Source: a virus (Duplodnaviria > Caudoviricetes). From it: 64,000 bases of DNA. Numbering within the stretch: the stretch's first letter is position 1; each line of letters starts with the position of its first letter. Made by a program: the position numbers and the translations under genes. The notes below the pieces were generated by a model. The model did no database searches. It saw only the letters and a list, made by a program, of their open reading frames with translations, and was not told the DNA's origin. Shown piece by piece: positions 1 to 9,300 of the stretch. The stretch lies in the IMG/VR virus record IMGVR_UViG_2548876794_000003, positions 114,961 to 178,960 of that record; one strand, given 5' to 3'.

Positions 1-9
1 TTACCAATC

Positions 10-2655
10 ATGTTCAACGGTAGAATCGCTGAGGTGTCAGCTGGCGAAACAGTTGAAATTGTAGGGCAAGGTGATGGTGTTGAGCTATTAAATACGATTT
101 CCGTTCAAGAGTCTAAGTCCCTTAACCAAGGGAACGGTAAGCTATGGCTGTACTCAAAAGTAGATGGCCAACAAACGCCAAAAGAAATATTCGACAAAGT
201 ACTATGTAATAAAGGTACGATGACGTCGCGCGCCTTAGATACTGTATCGAATGGTTACTATCGTTCATACAATGAATACGGAATTGTTCACTTTGGCGAT
301 CCACGTTACAACGTTATATTCGAAAATGGTGAGCCATCACAAAATATCTATGAAGCGACTACTCAACCTAAATGGTATAAGGAGCAATCTAAATCAGCAG
401 AATATGGTTTAGAGGAGCCACCACAGATCAGCATCATGACGCGTGGACGCACTGTATGGGATGTTTTCAACATCGCAGCAAGTATGTCACCAGATTTCAT
501 TTTGGGTATCGCACCGTTCGGTATGCGCTCTACACTGTTCCATGGGCATCCGCGTTTCTATTATGCTTACGATTACATAAAAGATAAAGATGGAAACTAT
601 TTAGAGAAGCGTAAACCATACCAACAGTTCCACTTGGTTTCCTCTATGAGCGACATTATTCAAAACAATATTACTGCGACATCTCAAAGCATTGCGACAA
701 ACGCAGTGGGACTGTACAAAACAAAATTCACAATTGGTGAAAAAGAATATACGACTGGACGACTATACGTTGACTGGGACATCTACCCAGAGAACCAGCG
801 ATCTATCGTACACGATACAGGGATTGTTTACAAAGGTAACAATGAAGTCGTATCAAAAGTTCCGTTAATAGGGGACGCAACAAAAGTAATTACTGACCGA
901 GCGTTCGAGTTGCCAAGTGGCGGTAAAGAGAAGGCATGGCGTTCAACAGCGAAAGCATTGAAACATTCTATTCACGATATGTATACAGGGAACATTATGC
1001 TTGTCGGGAATCCTTCTATTAAGCCGCATGACCGTTTAGAAATTTATGATACATATGAAAACATTAGTGGACCAGTGTTGGTTGAATCAGTAACGCACAT
1101 TATGAGCCCGGATACAGGGTTTGTTACAGACGTTGTTCCGGATTGTATTGCGGTAGTGGATGACCGCTTCGAAACAACAACTCAATCTTTCGTGAACAAC
1201 TATATTAAACCAGCAATGATTTATAGCGCTGTAACAACAGCAATCGCGGCTTCAACAAAATCCTTGTCACCGACGCTATCTCTGTTAAAATCATTTTCGA
1301 ATTCCAAAGGTAAGCAAGTAAACTACGTTGCAAACACTGTGAAGAAACTGGTTGGTGATACAGATAAGGCAAAGGATGCGAGTAAAGTTTCAAGGAAAGG
1401 ACTGCGCCTATTATATAAAGCATTAAATGCTTCTAAAGGTCAGCTCGGTTCCCTCGGTGCGAAACTTGGGTTAGCCGGCGCTGTTGGTGGACCCGCTGGT
1501 GTTGCTGCATTAACAATTGGTTTCTTTGTCGAATCACTTGTTTCAATGAGTATCGGTTATGCAGTCAACAATAAGATTAAACACTCGCTACGAAACAAGC
1601 AGGTGCTAGAGATTTATCCTATTAAGAAGAATACAAAAGTACTGACTGCAGGGCTTACAGGTCAAATGGGCTTAGTCGTTGGTTCACCGACTGGTGGTAT
1701 GAACGGTGTTGTCGATAGCGTTGTAGACTGGTTCGTTAATAAGAGCGATGATAACCGCGTATTCGGTTTTGTTCGTGACACATTATTAGCAGACGATACA
1801 GTGGATTATATGCGTACTGTTGGGCGACGCAATGAAAACCTACTTCAAGATGGTACAGAATATGCGCGACAAAGCGTATTGAACAATGTACTTGCATCTG
1901 TATCGAAAGAAGAAGCGGTTCAGATTGGTGGCCTTTCCGAGTTACTGCTAACGCCACGCGTCACACCTCCTCCAAGTAGTGAGTCAACGGAGAGAAAAGC
2001 TAATTACGCAACGAAGATGAATGCAAAATATACAGAGCTAAAAGTAGACACTATTACCAACATGGGCGGCAATGCGAAGATTGTTGAGAATATGGTAGCA
2101 ATCGAAGGTAGTGAGAAAATCGCTGACTACTTAGATCGTGGTATCTTGCGTTTAATTTGGAAAGAAAAATTTAACGATGAAAAAGATTACGAATACGTGA
2201 CGTTTGAAACCAAAGGTGAGAACCTTAAAGCTCGTTGTATCAAGACAGTTGTTTCTAAAAAGAACAGCGATACTTGCTACGATATTCCATTCCTGCATCC
2301 AGATGCATTAGCACTTCTCGAAGAAATTTGTCGAGTGGCCAGTAACTATTTGGTATCAGATGAAGAGGAAAAGAACGAGAACGAATCAAACTTCATTGCA
2401 GTAACATCTGCAGCGCGTATCGGTGATACGGAGTCACTGGCGTCAACAGGGCTATCATTCAAGTTGGAATCAAGCGGAAAAGATTCTAAAACAATTCTAA
2501 AAAATGTGCTACATGACATTAATGAAGCGATGGATGAAATGCGAAGCGTTGGCTTACCAGACGACTACATTATCTTTGAACGTACAAAAATTAAAGAAGG
2601 CGGGATTTCTGAGGACGGTAAGAGTGTCCGTATAACAGTTTACCCACCAGCATAG
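10..2655 (+). CDS. Baseplate hub / tail protein (late control D / gp27-like) with a C-terminal extension; probably 5'-truncated by the window edge
   Basis: Hub C-terminal signature GNPSIKPHDRLEIYD...VESVTHIMSPDTGFVTDV; lies directly upstream of the spike and wedge genes; frame is open to the window start. Confidence 0.65.
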   Translation: MFNGRIAEVSAGETVEIVGQGDGVELLNTISVQESKSLNQGNGKLWLYSKVDGQQTPKEIFDKVLCNKGTMTSRALDTVSNGYYRSYNEYGIVHFGDPRYNVIFENGEPSQNIYEATTQPKWYKEQSKSAEYGLEEPPQISIMTRGRTVWDVFNIAASMSPDFILGIAPFGMRSTLFHGHPRFYYAYDYIKDKDGNYLEKRKPYQQFHLVSSMSDIIQNNITATSQSIATNAVGLYKTKFTIGEKEYTTGRLYVDWDIYPENQRSIVHDTGIVYKGNNEVVSKVPLIGDATKVITDRAFELPSGGKEKAWRSTAKALKHSIHDMYTGNIMLVGNPSIKPHDRLEIYDTYENISGPVLVESVTHIMSPDTGFVTDVVPDCIAVVDDRFETTTQSFVNNYIKPAMIYSAVTTAIAASTKSLSPTLSLLKSFSNSKGKQVNYVANTVKKLVGDTDKAKDASKVSRKGLRLLYKALNASKGQLGSLGAKLGLAGAVGGPAGVAALTIGFFVESLVSMSIGYAVNNKIKHSLRNKQVLEIYPIKKNTKVLTAGLTGQMGLVVGSPTGGMNGVVDSVVDWFVNKSDDNRVFGFVRDTLLADDTVDYMRTVGRRNENLLQDGTEYARQSVLNNVLASVSKEEAVQIGGLSELLLTPRVTPPPSSESTERKANYATKMNAKYTELKVDTITNMGGNAKIVENMVAIEGSEKIADYLDRGILRLIWKEKFNDEKDYEYVTFETKGENLKARCIKTVVSKKNSDTCYDIPFLHPDALALLEEICRVASNYLVSDEEEKNENESNFIAVTSAARIGDTESLASTGLSFKLESSGKDSKTILKNVLHDINEAMDEMRSVGLPDDYIIFERTKIKEGGISEDGKSVRITVYPPA

Positions 2656-2666
2656 GGGGAGAGAGA

Positions 2667-3041
2667 ATGGCTGGATTAAAAGATGTTATCGCCGAAAAGG
2701 TTGTATCTCCGTCGGTAAATAACGATGGCGACCATTTTGATGTAGAAGCAATTGTCCGCACGATTGATGCAGACAATAGCACATGTACAATTACATATCG
2801 AAGCGGTGAAGGCCGCGTCACACGAGAAAACGTATTAGTTCGTACAGGTAGTGTTTCGTTCGTTGATTGGTTCCCAGAGAAAGGAGACCATGTTCTCGTC
2901 AACATTATCAATGGGCGACATTATGTAACTGGCCCTTCTGATGCAGAGTTACGAGGGATGCGAAAACGGAATTCGCGACTGGTCAGTGACATTTATAGCG
3001 ACATGACAGCGACAGATACACAAGGGGGTTGGATTTTCTAA
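2667..3041 (+). CDS. Baseplate spike OB-fold protein (gpV / gp5 N-terminal-like)
   Basis: WFPEKGDHVLVNIINGRHYVTG matches the P-x-x-G-D-x-V-x-V gpV OB motif; RBS GGGGGAG; follows the hub gene. Confidence 0.6.
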   Translation: MAGLKDVIAEKVVSPSVNNDGDHFDVEAIVRTIDADNSTCTITYRSGEGRVTRENVLVRTGSVSFVDWFPEKGDHVLVNIINGRHYVTGPSDAELRGMRKRNSRLVSDIYSDMTATDTQGGWIF

Positions 3042-3742
3042 TGAGCGAAAAAGCAGCAGCCGTCACGTTTGTACAGGATGAACCAGCAGACAATATTATT
3101 GCTCGAATCAAAAAAGATGTAGCAAACACGAAAGCGGGAATCGAGAAGGCACTCGTCAACAAGCATTCGAAATCGAGCTTGACTATGCGTAAGGATGGTG
3201 ACATTACGCTAGCTTCAAATACGAAAACGCAAATGAAGCTAGATAACAATGGTAAATCCTTAGATATGACACAAGATAGCATCACGATTGCAAATAGACG
3301 AACGCTTGAAGTTGAGGATATTGTTATCAACAATCATAAAATGAATCCTCAATTGCTTTACTATACGGATGGCGTGTCAGTATTAAACGATACAGATAGC
3401 TACGTATCGTCGTTTCAGATGCAGGGGAGTGTCATGGTGAAAGCGTGGGATGCTTCGAGCAAAAAGTATAAGATGATTCGCAGACCTGCGAACCTATCTA
3501 TGTTTAGCCCACGTTTAAATACAGCACAGATTCCAAAAGACCTTGGTGTTCCAGACACAGTGAAAGAGCAGATCGAGGAAATTGCTTCTACAAATCAAAG
3601 CGTATCGAACGCAAGTGAAGTAGAGAAAGCAACAGATGGCACAGCTGCAGTGGAAACAGTTGCGGATAAAAAATCCAAAGTAGCTGATTCAATCGTAGCT
3701 AAAGGTGGCACACCCATTACAAAAACAGCTAAGAAACAATAA
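3041..3742 (+). CDS. Spike beta-helix-like baseplate protein
   Basis: TAATG stop/start overlap with the previous gene; SSLTMRKDGDITLAS-type beta-strand repeats typical of gpV/gp5 needles. Confidence 0.45.
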   Translation: MSEKAAAVTFVQDEPADNIIARIKKDVANTKAGIEKALVNKHSKSSLTMRKDGDITLASNTKTQMKLDNNGKSLDMTQDSITIANRRTLEVEDIVINNHKMNPQLLYYTDGVSVLNDTDSYVSSFQMQGSVMVKAWDASSKKYKMIRRPANLSMFSPRLNTAQIPKDLGVPDTVKEQIEEIASTNQSVSNASEVEKATDGTAAVETVADKKSKVADSIVAKGGTPITKTAKKQ

Positions 3743-3751
3743 AATTGTAAC

Positions 3752-3779
3752 AAAAACACCTCAAAATGGGTGTTTTTTG
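3752..3779. terminator. Bidirectional intrinsic terminator between convergent genes
   Basis: AAAAAACACCtcaaaatgGGTGTTTTTT hairpin with A- and T-tracts on either side. Confidence 0.7.
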
Positions 3780-3786
3780 TTACCTA

Positions 3787-4515
3787 CTATTCAATTGCAC
3801 AGCCGACAGCGAATGCCGTTGCACATGCAAAGTCACACGCACCACCAACAGCTAGTCCCACGCCAGGAATGAAATGCAATCCACCACACATAGAACCACA
3901 AGCAATTAATCCAGACATACTACAAGCAAAAGCTACACCATTGAATTTAAACTTATAAGTAGCAATGCCTGAATCGTTAGCTTCTTCAACTTCTCCAATA
4001 TTGAAAGAATTTAGAACATCATAACTTTCATCAGAGAAATCTAATAAAACTGTGTTAGACATTAAAACTTTTTTCTCTTTTAAATCAATCCACATAATCT
4101 CGCGTAAGATTTTCTTATTGTCTTTATTATTGTTATCATAGTAATAAGCAGCATAACTTACGACATTTTCATAGTTTACGCCTTGGTCTTCTAGGTTTTT
4201 AAATTGTGTATAAGTTTGCGCATCTTTAGCTAGAAGGTATCCTTTTTTCTTATAAGACTTTAGAATTTTTTTAGCTTCTGAATTACGATCTTTCTTAGCA
4301 ACTTTGTTTACAGACTTTTTCACTTTTTTACTAAGCTCTTGATTGACTTCTGTACCAGACGCTTCTAATTGTTCAATAGCTTTTTGTACATCGCTATTCG
4401 GATTATCACATTGGCAATCTTCCTTTGCAATATTGCTAACAGCTGTGGATTGTTGAGGCGTTAATGAGAACACCAGAATAAAGGCCATTGAGATAACACT
4501 TAAAATTTTCTTCAA
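3787..4515 (-). CDS. Secreted precursor with a C-terminal Cys-rich halocin C8-like bacteriocin domain (immunity/bacteriocin-fusion type)
   Basis: Sec signal peptide MKKILSVISMAFILVFSLTPQQSTA; charged pro-region; hydrophobic C-terminal ~55 aa with 6 Cys (FNGVAFACSMSGLIACGSMCGG...GACDFACATAFAVGC); RBS AAGGGAG. Confidence 0.7.
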   Translation of the reverse strand: MKKILSVISMAFILVFSLTPQQSTAVSNIAKEDCQCDNPNSDVQKAIEQLEASGTEVNQELSKKVKKSVNKVAKKDRNSEAKKILKSYKKKGYLLAKDAQTYTQFKNLEDQGVNYENVVSYAAYYYDNNNKDNKKILREIMWIDLKEKKVLMSNTVLLDFSDESYDVLNSFNIGEVEEANDSGIATYKFKFNGVAFACSMSGLIACGSMCGGLHFIPGVGLAVGGACDFACATAFAVGCAIE

Positions 4516-4537
4516 AACAAAGCAACTCCCTTAAATA

Positions 4538-4711
4538 TTATGTAGTTTTTCTCTCTCTAACTCTGATTACTAAATAAACTAAAAGTGCCACAATAAAAGC
4601 TAGCAATTGATCTAGTAACATATCACCAGTGTTAAACCATCTTATTAAAAAAACTAACCCAAAAATCAACATACCTAAAATACTTATTATTTTAATAACT
4701 TTTTCACCCAA
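4538..4711 (-). CDS. 57-aa two-TM membrane protein, candidate bacteriocin immunity protein (absent from the ORF track)
   Basis: GGAGG RBS + TTG; MGEKVIKIISILGMLIFGLVFLIRWFNTGDMLLDQLLAFIVALLVYLVIRVRERKTT; co-oriented directly upstream of the bacteriocin gene. Confidence 0.75.
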   Translation of the reverse strand: MGEKVIKIISILGMLIFGLVFLIRWFNTGDMLLDQLLAFIVALLVYLVIRVRERKTT

Positions 4712-4757
4712 CTTATTACACCTCCAAACTCGACATTTTAAAGACAGTTTACTTTTA

Positions 4758-4787
4758 AATGTTTACATATTGGTTATTAATTGTCAA
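4758..4787 (-). promoter_or_regulatory. Putative sigmaA promoter of the bacteriocin moron
   Basis: Minus strand TTGACA (4787-4782) followed by an imperfect -10 region (TGTAAACAT). Confidence 0.4.
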
Positions 4788-5048
4788 ATTTGTATTTTAT
4801 TAACCAATTACAATTACTCTTCAAAATGGCGTAACAGCGGCGTTTGTGAGGGGTGATTTTTTATTTTATAAAGTGGCTTGAGTGATGAAAATTTATTTAA
4901 AAATTGACTTTTAAATCAAGCAAGGGGATTTACTTTTAGACGTATTACAAAAAGACTACTTGTTCATCTTTAAAAAACTTCTTTCTTCATGTAAACTTGC
5001 ACGCGCAAGCAGTAAAATACTGCATGAAAGAAAGGGGTTTTTTATTTT

Positions 5049-5546
5049 ATGGTCGATTTTCAAACGACAAAAAACGGTGACATCGTGTTCAAAGACTACA
5101 ATAAAAAAGCTGGAATTGTATTGAATATGCAGACAGCAGATGCATGTATTGTTCTATCTCATTCTACAAGTAATCAACCGCAAAGCCGCGCCACAGATGG
5201 TATTCGGTTAACATTCAGAACCGTCACTGATGACGCAGGACTAGACGTTGATATTGTTTCCGACAACGATGCAATATCTCAACAAATCGAATGGGAATGC
5301 AAAACAGAAATCGGTGAATTACCGATAAGTACGTTCGGGAGTACAGTGTACAAGAGTATGCACAAAGAGATTGGACTAGAAGAAACGGCAGAAGCTATCC
5401 GTTTGTCCATCCAATCTATCGTCGATCAATACATTACTGATGCGACAGTGACGATTGAGCGTCATAAAGATGCTTCCGTTTTTAACTATCAAACATACCA
5501 TGCAATGATTGAAGCAACAGGATTCCATCATTCATTTACTATTTAG
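5049..5546 (+). CDS. Baseplate wedge protein, gp25/GPW-like
   Basis: DAISQQIEWECKTEIGELPISTFGSTVY resembles the gp25 motif (Q..l.T..GE....fGS.l); lies before a baseplate J-like gene. Confidence 0.6.
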   Translation: MVDFQTTKNGDIVFKDYNKKAGIVLNMQTADACIVLSHSTSNQPQSRATDGIRLTFRTVTDDAGLDVDIVSDNDAISQQIEWECKTEIGELPISTFGSTVYKSMHKEIGLEETAEAIRLSIQSIVDQYITDATVTIERHKDASVFNYQTYHAMIEATGFHHSFTI

Positions 5547-5555
5547 GAGGACATT

Positions 5556-6335
5556 ATGAAAACAGCAAGTACGATTAAACAAGATATAAAAAATAACATG
5601 AACGTTGATTTCTACGAAGGTAGCTTTATCGACAACGTTCTTAATGCTATTGCCGACTCTGAGGAGAAGGTATACGAAGAAGTAGATAAGGCCCGTAGCC
5701 CTTACTTGTACAGTCAAGTTTTAAACTTCGCAGACAATTTAGATGACCTTGGCCAGATGTACAACCTCGTTCGCGAGGAAGGGGAAAGCGACCAAAACTA
5801 TCTGTACCGCATTATTAATTGGAAGCTAATTTCAGAAGCAGGGAATAAAACAGCAATTCAAGCATCAATCATCAATCCTGTGAACGCTTCGTATATGGAG
5901 TATCTTCCGTTAACAAACGGCGCCAATACTGGTTCTATCTATATCGTACCTAATGATTATGAGGTTGAAACGAAGTTAGCCGCCATCGAAGAAGCGAAGA
6001 AGAAAATCGAAGCCGTTGTTTCACCAGGGATGTACATGGAGTATGTTATTCCAGACATGGTTGCGATTGATTTAGACATTAAAATCGAAACTAGCAATTC
6101 AAATCAAACACTGCTAAAATCAGCGGTGAATTCGGCAATACGAGAGTATGTCAATAACATTGCACCAAATGATTACTTAACAATCGGTGCGCTAAATCGT
6201 ATTGGCATTAACTTAGCTGGTGTGGATTATTTCAATGTAACGCAAGTGTACATTGGCGGCAGCGCAACAAAGTCGAATAAAAACTTACAAGAGATTGACA
6301 AGAAATTCGTACTGAATCTCGTCTCTTGGGATTAG
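5556..6335 (+). CDS. Baseplate J-like wedge protein (short form)
   Basis: NLDDLGQMYNLVREEGESDQNYLYRI and SAIREYVNNIAPNDYL motifs typical of baseplate J. Confidence 0.7.
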   Translation: MKTASTIKQDIKNNMNVDFYEGSFIDNVLNAIADSEEKVYEEVDKARSPYLYSQVLNFADNLDDLGQMYNLVREEGESDQNYLYRIINWKLISEAGNKTAIQASIINPVNASYMEYLPLTNGANTGSIYIVPNDYEVETKLAAIEEAKKKIEAVVSPGMYMEYVIPDMVAIDLDIKIETSNSNQTLLKSAVNSAIREYVNNIAPNDYLTIGALNRIGINLAGVDYFNVTQVYIGGSATKSNKNLQEIDKKFVLNLVSWD

Positions 6336-6346
6336 GAGAACCATAT

Positions 6347-9300
6347 ATGTTAGACAAGAAACAATTGTATGAAAATGCGATAATGCATTTCCCTCGACGC
6401 TCTGACATTCGTAAACGAAAAACCAGTAACGGTGCCAAGCTACTTCGCAGCATCTTAGAAGAAGCAGACGACTTCAATCAAGCCATCGAAGAGCTACGTG
6501 CTTCATTCTTTGCTATTAACTACAAGGGGAAAGCAGACGAACTTCTATTGAACTTATCAATGTTTCCGGTTGGATCCGTTGCAGACGACATTCAGATGGA
6601 CGGTTTCACACAGGCTCTTGATGAAAACCACTTCATGAATGATGCGCAGACATTCATCGTTGAAGATGGCTTTTGCTACCTACATCGTCAAAACACGCTC
6701 TTTGTTTCATATCGAGCAAACGGTGATACATATACGGCTCAGTTAAAAGATATGACGTACTGGAACATCATTGATGAGTTTGCGATGATTTCTTCTATTG
6801 ATCGCTTTGATAATGAGTCGAACGAAGAATTACTTAATCGCGTTTTCCTAAGTTATCGTAACGTGACAAATAGCTCTGCAATAGGATTGAAGAATGCCAT
6901 TATAAACGCTGTCAGTAATCACGTAGAAATCATTCCAGATGATATTGTCATTGAGCCAATGAACGAACAAAACTTACATACATACTTCGATGAAATCGAA
7001 TTGATTGAAAACCTTAGCTTTATTAATAAAGATGTGCTGCGTCAAAAAGTATGGGGGCGCTCAAAGTGGGAGCATCCTTTTGCTGGTATTGAAAACGTAC
7101 CGAGTGAATGGGATGTAGTCATGCCAGCCGTACAGGATGGGGTAGGCGACATTCGTGCCACTTACGCAAAAGACATTTCAGATTCTTTATTCAAAAGAGC
7201 TGTCGTCAATACATATAACAAATCAGAAGCTATGATTTCAAACTACATGCTTTCGAACAATATTGACGTTGATATTAACTTAGGCCTAACGAAACTTTCA
7301 AACCGGTTAAATTCTAAAAAGGTAAGTTACAAAGTGTCCGCAGAAAAAGTGACGGACGTTTCTAACGATGTTATTCGACTGAACAATGAATATAGCGGCA
7401 GAAGCGTCGGTCACTTGCAAGACATCGTTGCAAACTTAACGGACTACCGAGCGAACATTACATCAAATAATCTACTTGAAGCTGGTCATGATTATCGTGT
7501 CACTGTAGAAGCGGAAGGTGACTATGACGCATTAAAAGTAGAACAACTTGAACTACTAAACAGCGATGGCTCTAAACGTTCATATCTACAGCCGAATGCT
7601 GGCTTTAAAAAGGACAGTGACGGTAATTACATTCCTGACAACATTTTGAAGCGAATCAACTCTACAGAAGATATGTACAATGTACAGAACTTCGTGACAA
7701 CATTAGATGGCATTGAGTTAGAGGACACAGCAAACAAAGGCCATGCTGAAATTTCTATTGAAGGAGCAAGTAACAAATACCTTATCATCAAAGAAAGCTG
7801 CCAAATGGTTTCGTTCACAGGTAACAATGCGTTGCTTAAGGCAGAAGGTTTCACGTTAACGAATGGCATGTTAACATCTCGAAACGAAAGTGACCGCATT
7901 ACGATTGAAATGACTTGTCGTAATATGCAATTCGCTGTATCAAGTGGGCGCATTAATTATGATTTGTACGTGAATGGTGAAAATGTAGCTTCCGAATCAA
8001 ACATAACTACCGACGATGTAAAATATTCGTTTGATAAGCCAACTAAAATTAAGATGGTTATTCGCCCAGTCGGTACGCAAAGCACAATACTTTCAAACTT
8101 TATGTACAACAATTATGAATTGAGCATGAGCGTTGATGGGGCGAGCCTTTATCACAACAATACATTCGGTCACATTATTTACGAAGCGGATCCGGGCGCC
8201 AAGTTGATTTTAGACATGTCGTGCAAAACCGGATTCTCACCAGTTATTGAATACATACATATTGGCGGTATCGTCAAAGGCAAAAAATACGTTGTTAGTA
8301 ACATTATTCCGAAAGAGGATAGTCTACTTCTGTTAAAAGCAGATGGCGCAATTACCGTAGAAGATTTAACGGATGGTCGCGTTATTGGTCACGAATCAGA
8401 TATGGTACTTGCACTTAGAAACAATGGTGCAACGCCGATGAATGTAAAGCTAAATATCGCGAACTATACAGACTTCTCAATTGAAAATTACACTATCAAT
8501 CGCATCTTTACAGCAGGTGTTGAAAACTATTACTTATCGCTTCAACCAGGGGCGAGCATTTCATCGTTTATTACGAATGGTACATATAAAAAATCCGTCT
8601 ATGAAAAAACTATTAAGGACGTATTGAACACTCAAAACGTTTACGTATCAAGTTACCAGAATGGATTCTTTGATGGCATCTCTGGTCACGAAGTTAAGCT
8701 GGTGCGCGATATGTTTTCAGATGCACCAACGTTTAACAGTTGTGAAATCATTTCAAAAAGCAACGTTCGTTATAACTTTATGGCAACGGCTAACAGTAGC
8801 ATTTCAGTTGAGACAACTTACTTCAAACAAGATTTTGTTCAAATTGGTTGTGTAGCAATTGCTGGAGAACAGCATATTTGCTATAACACGCAACGTGTAC
8901 TTAGCTCTATCACAGAGAATATACAGGTAGCGCGCTTATTCTATCCAGAACTAGAAGCGAGCCAACTGTACTGTTTCTATATCGAAACGTCGACAAGTGG
9001 CGCTAAAGTAACGTTCATGGACACAAATATTGGCACAAGTTATATCGGTGAATATGTAAAAATTGAATTGGATAATTTTGCATCGGACGAATCAAACTAC
9101 ATAAAAGAATCAGTCGTGGTGAGACGGAATGCCGTACTATCAAATGTAATGTACCTAGATCGTACTTTCGTTAAGGAAGGCAAAGAAATTGATTTAGCGG
9201 AATATATGATTTCTCCACCACAAGGATTAGAGGTCGTTTATGCAAACGGCACAGAACAAGCTTCTGAATCATTTTATGCGGAGCAAGATGGCTTCAACAA

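Noticed and set aside
4629-4856. + strand 75-aa ORF from the track
   Set aside because: No RBS; it is the antisense shadow of the 57-aa minus-strand gene, which has a GGAGG RBS
4860-4980. tRNA or ncRNA in the longer intergenic regions
   Set aside because: No cloverleaf, T-loop (GTTCGA) or CCA signatures were recognised here or in the other gaps
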